Shown here piece after piece: positions 51,605 to 64,000 of a stretch of 64,000 nt of DNA. Below the pieces are notes generated by a model. The model was not told the origin of the DNA, did not search any database, and saw only the letters and a list, made by a program, of their open reading frames with translations. Each line of letters starts with the position of its first letter. Within the stretch, counting starts at the first letter, position 1. The translations under genes and the position numbers were made by a program. Location: the NCBI GenBank assembly GCA_951406725.2, contig OX597822.1, positions 18,538,001 to 18,602,000 of the forward strand, read 5' to 3'. Source of the stretch: Octopus vulgaris (taxonomy: Eukaryota).

Positions 51605-53946
51605 CATCATCATCATCATCGTCGTTTAGCGTCCGTTTTCCATGCTAGCATGGGTTGGACGGTTCTACTGGGGTCTGTGAAGCCAGAAGGCTTCATCAGG
51701 CCCAGTCAAATCTGGCAGTGTTTCTACGGCTGGATGCCCTTCCTAACGCCAACCACTCCGTGAGTGTAGTGGGTGCTTTTTACGTGCCACCCGCACAGGT
51801 GCCAGACAGAGCTGGCAAACGGCCACGAACGGATGGTGCTTTTTATGTGCCACCGGCACAAGGGCCAGGCGAGGCTGGCAACGGACACGAAACGGGGCGG
51901 TGCTGGCAACGGTCGCGAAACAGAAGGTTCTCTTACATGCCACCGGCACTGGTAACACATCTGCAATTTCCATTGATCGATTTCCATTCTGATCCTCACT
52001 TGCCTCAATGGGTCTTCACAAGTAGAGTATCGACATGCCACCGGCACTGGTAACACATCTGCAATTTCGATTGATCGATTTCGATTCTGATCCTCACTTG
52101 CCTCAACAGGTCTTCACAAGTAGAGTTTTGTGTCCCAAGAAGGGAAGGTATGCATACGTAGGCTGGCTCCATCCCAAGTAGAAGGCCACGGGTTATGGAC
52201 TCACTTGTCCTGCCGGGTCTTCTCGCGCACAGCACACTTCCACAGGACTCGGTCTCTAGTCATTTCCTCAGTGAGACCTAAAATTCGAAGGTCGTGCTTC
52301 ACCACATCGTCCCAGGTTTTCCTGGGTCTGCCTCTTCCACAGGTTCCCTCAACCGCTAGGGTGTGGCACTTTTTCACACAACTATCTTCATCCATTCTCG
52401 CCACATGACCATACCAGCGCAATCGTCTCTCTTGCACACCACAACTGATGCTTCTTAGGTCTAGCTTTTCTCTCAAGGTACTTACACTCTGTCGATTATG
52501 AACACTGACATTACACATCCATCGGAGCATACTGGCTTCATTTCTTGGGAGCTTACGCATATCCTCAGCAGTCACGGCCCATGTTTCACTGCCATGTAGC
52601 ATGGCTGTTCGTACACACGCATCATACAGTCTGCCTTTCACTCTGTGCGAGAGGCCTTTTGTCACCAGCAGAGGTAAGAGCTCTCTGAACTTTGCCCATG
52701 CTATTCTTACTCTAGCAGTTACACTTTCAGCACACCCGCCCCCGCTGCTGACTTGGTCACCTAGGTAATGGAAACTATCAACTATTTCTAGTTTTTCTCC
52801 CTGGAAAGTGACGGAAGTTGGTCTCAGAGCATTTTCAGTGTTTATTGTTCCTGAGCATCTGCCACATACAAAAACCATCTTCCTAGTTAGCCTTCCTTTG
52901 ACATTGCTGCACCTCTTATGTGTCCATAGCTTACACTTGGTGCATCTTATAGAGTTTCTACCTACACCTTTTCTACAGATCGAGCAGGGCCATCTACCTG
53001 AAGGCGTTTGTGATTTGTCTACCTTCCTACTGATTACGACTTTGGTTTTAGCTAGATTGACTCTGAGGCCCTTCGATTCTAATCCTTGTTTCCACACCTG
53101 AAACTTCTCCTCCAGTTCTGATAGCGACTCAGCAATTAGAGCAAGGTCATCAGCATAGAGGAGCTCCCAAGGGCATCCTGTCTTGAATTCCTCCGTTATT
53201 GCCTGGAGGACTATGATAAATAGGAGGGGGCTGAGTACTGAGCCTTGGTGGACCCCTACCTCTACCCGGAATTCTTCACTGTACTCGTTTCCAACCCTCA
53301 CCCTACTAGCAGCGTCCCTATACATGGCCCGCACAGCTCTCACTAACCATTCATCTATCCCTAGTTTCCTCATTGACCACCAGAAAAGGGATCGGGGGAC
53401 CCTGTCGAAGGCTTTCTCCATGTCAACAAAAGCCAGGTACAGGGGCTTATCTTTGGCTAGGTATTTCTCCTGCAGCTGCCTTACCAGGAATATAGCATCA
53501 GTAGTACTTTTCCCTGGCACAAACCCAAACTGCATCTCATCTAAACTAACTCTCTCTCTAATTAGTTGGGCTATGACCCTCTCCGTAACCTTCATCACCT
53601 GATCCAACAGCTTGATACCTCTGTAGTTATTTGTATCTAGGGCGTCACCTTTACCTTTGTAGCAGTTGACTATTATGCTGCTACACCAGTCATTGGGTAT
53701 GACTCCTTTGTGTATCACCTGATTAACTATATGGGTGACTAGGCTATAGCCGACACTACCAGACATTTTGAGCATCTCTGCAGTGATTCCTGATGGGCCT
53801 GGGGCTTTTCCTGTCTTCATGCTTCTAATTGCCTTAGCTACCACGGAACTATCAACTCGAATAGCTGGTCCCTCTGTTGGGTCAACATTCGGCAGACTCT
53901 CTTTATCCCATTCATTTTCTTTATTCAGCAAACTTTCATAGTGGCA
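51605..53946 (-). mobile_element. Young 5'-truncated PHD-containing RTE-type LINE
   Basis: Uninterrupted 576-aa ORF; 3' UTR repeats; (GAT)n tail; possible ttatt TSD. Confidence 0.95.
52201..53931 (-). CDS. LINE reverse transcriptase (N-terminally truncated) with embedded PHD-type zinc finger
   Basis: QFGF, AFVDMEKAFD, GVHQGSVLSPLLF, LYADD, CSIC..CTKC..HKRC..CGRC, FHYLG, LRWYGH. Confidence 0.9.
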   Translation of the reverse strand: MLNKENEWDKESLPNVDPTEGPAIRVDSSVVAKAIRSMKTGKAPGPSGITAEMLKMSGSVGYSLVTHIVNQVIHKGVIPNDWCSSIIVNCYKGKGDALDTNNYRGIKLLDQVMKVTERVIAQLIRERVSLDEMQFGFVPGKSTTDAIFLVRQLQEKYLAKDKPLYLAFVDMEKAFDRVPRSLFWWSMRKLGIDEWLVRAVRAMYRDAASRVRVGNEYSEEFRVEVGVHQGSVLSPLLFIIVLQAITEEFKTGCPWELLYADDLALIAESLSELEEKFQVWKQGLESKGLRVNLAKTKVVISRKVDKSQTPSGRWPCSICRKGVGRNSIRCTKCKLWTHKRCSNVKGRLTRKMVFVCGRCSGTINTENALRPTSVTFQGEKLEIVDSFHYLGDQVSSGGGCAESVTARVRIAWAKFRELLPLLVTKGLSHRVKGRLYDACVRTAMLHGSETWAVTAEDMRKLPRNEASMLRWMCNVSVHNRQSVSTLREKLDLRSISCGVQERRLRWYGHVARMDEDSCVKKCHTLAVEGTCGRGRPRKTWDDVVKHDLRILGLTEEMTRDRVLWKCAVREKTRQDK

Positions 53947-54108
53947 TTATTAAAAATTGAAACCCCTCAGTGACTTTTGTGATACCCTGTATGTGTGTAT
54001 GTGTTTGTGTGTGTCTTTGTATTTGTTCCACACCACTTGGGAACTGGTGATGGTTTGTTATGTCCCCATAACTTAAGGGTTCAGCAAAAGAGATTGATAG
54101 AATGAGAA

Positions 54109-54746
54109 TCAGGTTTTAAAAAAATAATACTGCTGTCAATTTGTTCAACAAAAAAATTCAAGGTGGCGCCCAGCATGACCACAGTCTAAAGATTGAAACA
54201 AGTGAAAGAATATATATATATATATATATAGATCACGTGACCGACCAGACCATCAGATGTAGTTACACATCGCTGGTCACAATGCGTTTGCATTGTTTTA
54301 GCCTTCGAATGACGCCACCATGCTGGCTAAGCGAGCAGGCCGACAGAAGAAAGAGTGGTGAAAGAGTACAGCTGGGATCACCACCCCCTGCCGGAGCCTC
54401 GTGGAGCTTTTTAGGTGTTTTCGGTCAATAAACACTCACAACGCCCGGTCTGGGAATCGAAACCGCGATCCTGTGACTGCGAGTCCGCTGCCCTAACCAC
54501 TAGGCCATTGCACCTCCACACACACACACATATATATATGTGAGTGTTTATTGACCGAAAACACCTAAAAAGCTCCACGAGGCTCCGGCAGGGGGTGGTG
54601 ATCCCAGCTGTACTCTTTCACCACTCTTTCTTCTGTCGGCCTGCTCGCTTAGCCAGCGGGGTGGCGTCATTCGAAGGCTAAAACAATGCGAACGCATTGT
54701 GACCAGCGATGTGTAACTACATCTGATGGTCTGGTCGGTCACGTGA

Positions 54747-54783
<37 letters not shown>

Positions 54784-54882
54784 TTTCACTTGTTTCAATC
54801 TTTAGACTGTGGTCATGCTGGGCGCCACCTTGAATTTTTTTGTTGAACAAATTGACAGCAGTATTATTTTTTTAAAACCTGA
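54109..54882. repeat. Near-perfect inverted duplication (54109-54440 and 54539-54882)
   Basis: Almost identical mirrored ORFs 54141-54431 and 54548-54850; only a few substitutions and a different TA run length. Confidence 0.92.
54230..54520 (-). mobile_element. tRNA-derived SINE (family C, TCG anticodon-like loop), full length
   Basis: Minus-strand head ggaggtgcaatggcctagtggttagggcagcggac-tcg-cagtc...ggtttcgattccc has A and B boxes. Confidence 0.85.
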
Positions 54883-57082
54883 ATCTTCACCTTATACGCT
54901 ACACCTTAGATAGGGTGGGTAAATTAACCGGCAAGGGCGGGGTAATGGTCCATTTAGACCAAAGTAAAGCGTTCGATAGGGTAGACCATAAGTACCTGGC
55001 GACGGTCCTCGAAGCGGCTGGACTGGGCCCTGAATTTCGCGGGTGGATCTCCGCTATGTATAGCGGCATCAAGTCCACTGTCCAGATAAACGGTTACCTA
55101 ACGGAACCGTTTTCGATCGAATCTTCAGTTTGTCAAGGGTGCCCCTTGTCACCACTTTTGTACGTGTTGGCTCTCGAGCCATTGCTGCGAAAGTTGGAGA
55201 GGTTGGGAAGTAACCCGGATGAGATCGGAGGTGGGAGGACGGTTACTGCTTATGCGGATGACGTCACCCTCATCGTGTCCAATGAGGCCCAGCTACTTAG
55301 TGTAGAAGAGGCTATCAGAGAATACGAGGCGGTGGAAGGAGCAAGGGTTAACAAGGACAAGTCGGTTGGCTTGCGCCTCGGCACCTGGAGGAGCAAGTCG
55401 ATATCGTCCAGTGTCGTGGGACACTGGACGGATGGTCCTGTTAAGTTGCTAGGAGTTTGGTTTGGGTCAGACTCCCAAACGGAGAGGAATTGGAGTGAGG
55501 TGATGGGCAAGGTGGAGGCCATAGTACGGACCTGGTCCGGAAGGTTTCTGTCCTTGAAAGGAAGGGCGGAGGTGGTACAGATGTTCATTGCATCTGTAAT
55601 CACTTACCGCCTGACTGTTGTCCCTTGCCCCGATTCATGGCTTAGCAAGTTGGAGCGAATCCTTTTCCGCTTTTTGTGGAAGGGAGGAAAGCCACTTGTG
55701 AGGCGCTCCGTTTGCTGCCAGGAACCGTTAAAGGGTGGGTTAGGAATGCCTTGGTTGATGATGCGCAGGCATGCGTTGAGGCTGAAGCATCTCTGGCACC
55801 ACCTGGAGGGTGATAAGGTGTGGAGTCCGCTGGCAGGGGAATTTTTCCCGAGACCGGCTTCCTTAGTGAATTTTAAACCCGGTCGCATCAAAAGACGGAA
55901 TCTGACTTTATGGCAAAAGGAGTGCTGACAGGCACTCACGCTGATCCACAAGGCGGGCAAGGCTGGCTGCGGAAATACCACCTCGGTATTTTATAGCAGG
56001 CTGGTAGAGGCAAAGAACGACGACGTCCTAGGAGGGGCTCTGGGGTTTGACGAAGACCAGCTTACCAACCTGTTTAAAAAGACTTTCAGGACGGGGTATT
56101 TGGATAATTTCCAAAGATCCCTGGCCTGGCAGTGTTATAGGAATGCTTTACCTGTTCGCGAGAAGTTATCGCGGCACGGAATTTCAGTGCCACCGACGTG
56201 TCCAAGATGCGGGTTGGATGATGAAACCATCCAGCACGCTTTTGTACACTGTCGGAAGTTGTCAGACTTGATAAGTTACGCAGAACACGTGTTATCGCAT
56301 CTGGGACGAGTACAGCTGTCGGCTGAGTCTATGATTAAGATGATACCGCCAACTGGACTCTCGAAGGAAGGTGAGGCATGTTTTCACTGCACGGTTGCAG
56401 TAGTAAAAGAATGCATGTGGCGTACAAGAATGGAAGGAGTCGCAATAGGATCCTTTGTCTCAGGCCCCGGCTTGCTCACTTACTTCAGATATCATCTGAA
56501 GAGCAAAATGGGGCTGGAAAAGAAGATCTTACCACGTGGTGTGTATGAAAAAAGATGGAAGGAAGTGGCAAAAAAGGTGGGTGTCAGAAACCCAGCTTAA
56601 CTATGGATGGAGGAGAGGAAAGAAAAGCTGCGGGGCCTTATAGGTTGCCGGAGTTTAAAATATCGGTAAGATCACAAGTTAATGTAATGTTGTAATGTTC
56701 TATTGGTCATGCAAAGGACAATTTAAATACAAATTTTGTATAATGAATAATCCAAATGTTATGGAAAATTTTTAATCGAACCACTTAACTGTTTTTTGTA
56801 TGTATGTCCTGTATTGTCCTTCTATGTAATGATTTTATAATCGTAATAAAGAAATTCGCCGACAACTATGATTGTCACACGCTGACGTGAGGTCAATACC
56901 TCGAAACTCGAGTCCGTGTGTATCATAAGTTGAAGACGGGAAGGATGACTTCCCTTTGCAAATACTGACAGGGCACAGAAAGTGTGTCTATGGCCAGCTG
57001 GAGGAGTGTGTCCTCCTGAGGCTAAAAACTACAGTAGCATCCACCCTTAGGGGTAGCCATATTGAAATGGCAAATATGCGTC
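54882..57082 (+). mobile_element. 5'-truncated Tx1-like (L1-clade) LINE
   Basis: NLHLIRYTLD..LDQSKAFDRVDH, QGCPLSPLLY, AYADD, LSLKGRA, GGLG, zf-RVT CPRC..ETIQHAFVHC; premature stop at 55926; 3' UTR runs into (TA)n. Confidence 0.9.
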
Positions 57083-58738
<1,656 letters not shown>

Positions 58739-58818
58739 AAAATATCATTACATCATCTCCAAACCTTCTAATATATATATATATATATATATAAAATTTC
58801 TACTATATATATATATAT

Positions 58819-58859
<41 letters not shown>

Positions 58860-59764
58860 TACACACATATTATCATCATCATCATTTAATATCCATTTCC
58901 CATGCTGGCATGGGTTGTATTGTTTTGAGAAGAGCAGGCAAGTCAGAAGACTGCCATGCTCTGCTGTCTGCTTCTCCATGGTTTTTAAAGTTTGATGCTC
59001 CTCCTGACGCCAACCAATTTACAGAATGTGGTCTGCGGCATGCTTCTTGCTTAGCACCAGCAACAGTGAGGTCAGCACCAACTTACTGGACAGGACCCCC
59101 TGAACTGATGGTGGGGGTAGCTTTGTGCCAGGTGATGAGATGTTAGAGTATGAAGATGGGGACATAGATGGGTGTCTTGGTAGTAAAGAAGATCCATGGC
59201 TCCCTCTGGAGGAGAGAGAAAGAGAAGAGGAAGGAGGTAGAGAGAGAGAGAGAAGATGGTGAAAATGAGATTGGGTGGGTGGGGTGTATAAGTGAAATGG
59301 AAGGAAAGATTGGGTATAGGGTGGTGTGGGTGGGTAAGTTTGCAAGATTGTGAAATGAAAAGGAGAGGTGGAGGGGAGGGTATGTATTGAGTGAAGAGAA
59401 ATAGAGGGGGTGGGGGTTATTGGGAGGATATGTTGTGGGGGAAGAAATTTGAGAGAGACAAATAGGTTTGCAAGGGTGTGAAGGAAGAGTGGGAGGTAGA
59501 GGGGAAAGGAATACCTGTGAGTGATGACCTTGGGTGGGAATGGATGGGGGAAGATGTTAGAAAGATGAGTTGTGTGGGGAGAGATTTGTCAGGGGCAGAC
59601 TGTGTGCAGGGGCATGGACACACGCAGTTTTCCTAGATGGCCTCCACTTCATTTAAATGGCTGGCAGCACAACAAATTGCCAATCATTTCTGCCCTTTAT
59701 CTTCACCTCTTTGAGATTCAACATCTGAAGATCATGTTTATGTACACACACACGTATATATACA

Positions 59765-59807
<43 letters not shown>

Positions 59808-60304
59808 ATATGTGTGCACATATGCATTGAAGCATCCATAATGAACAACAAATCTTTTACTGGATATTTGTTTTCCATGTTTGAAATATATTTTATATTT
59901 CCATCTAAATTCTGGATACAATGTGGAACACCCTGTTCAGTGAACATCAGCTTAACTGCCTTTTTTGCTGATTTATATAATTAGAAGAGTTTTGAAACTG
60001 CAGCGAACCTTTAAACTTTGTATGGCCAATGATACAGGTAGAAGAGAAATGGCTTTATGTTTGTCTGTATTTGTAGCTGGAGTCTTGATTGCAGATGCCG
60101 ATGCTGCATCTAAAATGTTTGTCTTTATGACAGCCTTATGTCACACAAACACTCATCTTTGTACTTTTGTATTTCCATTCATATTTGCAACTTAAGTCTA
60201 AATGAATACAACTGACTGTTTTGCAGCCATTATTAGATGCAAGCTGTGAGAAACCATCCATTTGTGTTTGTGTGTATGTGCGTGTGTGTACATATATATA
60301 AATA

Positions 60305-60372
<68 letters not shown>

Positions 60373-60687
60373 CAGAATATGGGGATTTAGTTCACTGGTG
60401 ATCTAAACAAATAGGTATGCTGGGTAAGTGTTGCAACAGATTATCAGGGTTATAAGCTCGTAACCGAGACAGAAACTATGGAACCATTTTAGGTTTCCAA
60501 TACAGCAGATGTATATTTTTGTGAAAGAGGACAACAAACACCAAAGCATAACAAGCATCTCAAGTCATTATATATTATGATTCTTAAATAATTTAAGGAT
60601 AATAATGTATGTGACTTGAGATGTTTGTTATGACTTGGCATTTTTTTGCCCTCTTTCACTGAAATATGTATACATATATCTATATAT

Positions 60688-62016
60688 GCTAACTGGGAAG
60701 ATAGTTTTTGTATGTGGCAGATGCTTCGGATTGATAAACACTGAAAATGCGCAGAGACCAACTTTGCCACAATCCAGGGAGAAAAACTAGAAGTAGTTGA
60801 TAGCTTCCGTTACCTAGGTGACCAAATCAGTAGCGGAGGCGGGTGCACTGAAAGTGTAGCTGATAGGATAAGAATAGCCTGGGCAAAGTTCAGAGAGCTC
60901 TTACCTCTGCTGGTGACAAAGGGCCTCTCGCTCAGAGTAAAAGGTAGACTGTATGATGCATGTGTACGAACAGCCATGCTACATGGCAGTGAAACATGGG
61001 CTGTGACTGCTGAGGATATGCGTAAGCTCCCAAGGAATGAAGCCAGTATGCTCCGATGGATGTGTAATGTCAGTGTGCATACTTGACAGAGTGTAAGTAC
61101 CTTGAGAGAAAAGTTGGACCTAAGAAGCATTAGATGTAGTGTGCAAGAGAGACGACTGTGCTGGTATGGTCATGTGGTGAGAATGGATGAGGATAGCTGT
61201 GTGAAAAAGTGTCACACCCTAGCAATAGAGGGAACCTGTGGAAGAGGTAGACCCAGGAAGACCTGGGATGAAGTGGTGAAGCATGACCGTCGAACATTAG
61301 GCCTCACCAAGGAAATGACTAGAGACCGAGACCTTTGGAAATATGCTGTGCTTGAGAAGACCCGGCAAGCCAGATGAAACCATAACCCGTGGCCTATGCC
61401 AGGAGCATAACCAGCCCGCTTATGCGTAGCTTTTCCTTCTTTGGTCACTAAACTTTGCTTGCGAAGACCTGTTGAGGCAAGTGAAATCAAATCAAAATCA
61501 AAATCAATTCGATGACTGGCATCCATGCTAGCGGGGTGCAAAGAGCACCATACGAGTGTGATCGTTGACAGCGCTGCTTTTCGAGTATGATCGCTACCAG
61601 CATCACCTTACTGGCACTTATGCCTGTGCTACTAGGGTGCCAAGAACACCATCCAAGCATGATCGTTGCCAGAGCAGCCAACTGGCTTCCGTACCCGTGG
61701 CACTTAAAAGGGCACCATTCGAGCATGATCGTTACCAACGTCGCTTCACTGGCAACTGTGCCGGTGGGCACGTGTAAAAAGATTTGAGCGAGATCATTGC
61801 CAGTACTGCCTCACTGGCCCCCATGCAGGTGGCACGTAAATAGCACCCACTACACTCTCGGAGTGGTTGGCATTAGGAAGGGTATCCAGCTGTAGAAACT
61901 CTGCCAGATCAAGACTGGAGCCTGGTGCAGCCATCTGGTTGCCAGCCCTCAGTCAAAATCGTCCAATCCATGCTAGCATGGAAAACGGACATTAAATGAT
62001 GATGATGATGATGATG
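60688..62016 (+). mobile_element. 5'-truncated PHD-containing RTE-type LINE
   Basis: LEVVDSFRYLGDQ...LCWYGH; 3' UTR; (GAT)n tail. Confidence 0.9.
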
Positions 62017-62572
62017 CATACATACACACACATGTGTATGCATCATCATCATCATTTTTTACCATCTGTTCTCCATGGTGGCATGGATTGGACAGTTTAA
62101 ACCAGAGCTGGCAAGTTGAGAAGCTGCACCAAATTCCCGTCTGATTCCCTTTGGTTTTCATGGCTGGATGTCCTTCCTAATGCCACCCACTTTACAATGT
62201 GTGTGTTGGGTGCTTTTAACATGTTACACACACAAGCACTTTTACGTAGAACTTATGCAAGTGCCACTTATGTGGCACCGGCATTGAGTACATTTTACAT
62301 GGCACCCTCGCAGGACCCTTGCAGGCTAGTCCTCTTCACCTGGGGATGAGGCTTTAACAATTCTGCTGTGGAGGATGGACCTTCTTGAGTACAGCAAGGC
62401 ACCAGGTATCCCAATCCTTTATCATCTCATCCAAAAGGGTCGGTGTTCTCAAGTTATCTTTCTGTATATCATCCCATGCCATATGGCCTGGAGGATGATG
62501 TTGAATGGTGGGGGGACTGAGAATTGAACCCTGATGAATGCCTACCTCTAAACTAAACTAAATATGTATATA

Positions 62573-63466
62573 CTAGCTGATGTAGCCAGTAATTCCTGGA
62601 AAAGCGGGGTCTTATCCCTTGGTTCCTTTCTCATAATTGTTTTGCTAATCCAATAACAACAATACAAAGTATGTAGTACTTAAAACGGTTTTTGTGCATT
62701 TACAGAGAATACTGAACTGTCTTACACAGGATCTGGTTTTTAGGAACTCCCAATAAATTATGAATACCCAAACTGTGAAGTCAGATATGTAATAACATGA
62801 AATTAGTTACCCGATAGTAAGAATTTAAATAAAGTAGCCCCGAAAAGGGCTTTAATGCGTTCCCAGTGTATATAGAACTTAGGAGGAAATACCAATAAGG
62901 TATGTATACTAAAATCGTCAAGCATGTTATGTAATAACAGGCTTAATCAGATATGAGATAATAACAATTCAAAGTGCATTCCCGGAGAATATTAACCCTC
63001 AGGAGCACTAGTATTGGTATATTCGTGAATAAGTCACTAATCAAAATAAGTGGGTCCATTGTTTAGGAAAATACTATTTACTTGTTTAAGTATTGTACTG
63101 GATAAATTGCAAAAATAACTCTAACAGTTCAAATACTAAGAAATAAGCATACTCAATTTGATTTATACCAAATAATATAGGGAAAATGAATGGGTTATTT
63201 CTCTTGGCTGTTAAAATAAAATATATTAGTTATATATAAGGATCTCTTCCAGTGGTGAATGGGTTATTTCCCTTTGTTGATACAATAAAATATGTTAATT
63301 ATATATAAAGATCCCTTCCAACAATCTGAGTATGCCTTGAGGCTTCTAGACATGAGTTCTACTCACGTGTCAAGTTTCATCAAAATCGATAAAACGGTGT
63401 AGGAGTTAGCCAACAACTCCACAAACAGACACACCTACAGACAGAATTTCCCACATATGTAGTAGA
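62573..63466 (-). mobile_element. Non-autonomous Helitron-like element
   Basis: Minus strand a|TC...CTAG|t, subterminal hairpin ccag-gaatta-ctgg, (CTGT)-like repeat near the 5' end, internal tandem of about 68 bp at 63186-63320. Confidence 0.7.
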
Positions 63467-64000
63467 TATATAATGTGAGTGTATAGAGATAAAATTATAC
63501 AGGCTGGTATTGTGGTAGTTCTCAGATATATTACAGGTTATGGCTAACCTCATCAAGTAATAATAAGTGTCAATGGTCACTTAGTATTGAGATGAAGTCT
63601 ACACAATGGTATAACCATCTTCTGGTCTTCTTTTCTTCAAATGCAGCATCAATTTTAAAAATGATTGCTGCCAATGTTTTAGATTATTTAAAGTTATAAA
63701 TCTGACTCTACTGCAATATTCATTCTGTACACATTCTCTTTAATTTATCTTATTAAGAGAAACATAGATTTCAATCTGAAACCTGGTTCCTACTGTGAAA
63801 ATGCTTTCAGTTGTTAGGTTGCTCATTTAAAATATCTGCTGTTTGAACATAATTAATGCATTTGACCTTCCAATATTATTTCACTATCAACAATTACAAA
63901 CATGTATTTTGGATCACTTTTAGATCTTTTCTCATCTGTTTTTCTGATACTTTCATTTAACTAATAAAAGATTTATTCTTTTTACAATTTAATTAGATTT

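Larger units (their letters stand above)
50821..53989. mobile_element. Foldback derivative of a DD41D Tc1/mariner transposon, interrupted by a LINE
   Basis: TIRs cggggtgtcccaaaagtcactga and tcagtgacttttgtgataccctg flanked by TA; transposase C-terminus WP..SPDLTSP.FFLWEYLKE present on both strands (50926-51240 minus, 51262-51500 plus). Confidence 0.85.

Noticed and set aside
54445-54518. tRNA-Arg gene on the minus strand
   Set aside because: Continues into a SINE body also found at 11112; the cloverleaf is imperfect
62531-62555. ctgatga as a hammerhead core
   Set aside because: No stem II, GAAA or matching stem I

Overview
Eukaryotic, AT-rich, repeat-saturated intronic or intergenic DNA. The dense (TA)n/(CA)n/(CAT)n/(TTA)n microsatellites and the tRNA-derived SINE families suggest a cephalopod such as octopus (inference, no search run). 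No host gene can be called with confidence; only a few possible microexons are seen. Most ORFs in the track are microsatellite or antisense artefacts. Recognisable mobile elements are: a near-full-length RTE LINE (22990-26945); several copies of an RTE-type LINE with a PHD finger inside its RT region; R4/Dong-like and Tx1-like LINEs; Penelope-like relics; two mariner copies; a DD41D foldback; an hAT with 8-bp TSD; a non-autonomous Helitron; and many SINEs. The most interesting signal is a set of type I hammerhead ribozymes (HHR) in small non-coding elements that also carry inverted terminal duplications. The best case is a young 534-bp head-to-tail array with three intact HHRs and an inverted segment crossing the monomer junction (48621-49980), resembling a retrozyme or Penelope pLTR. 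There is also a tRNA-headed SINE carrying a decayed HHR (40862-41239), an unrelated near-canonical HHR (45007-45067) and several relics. Coordinates were counted by hand and may be off by a few bases.
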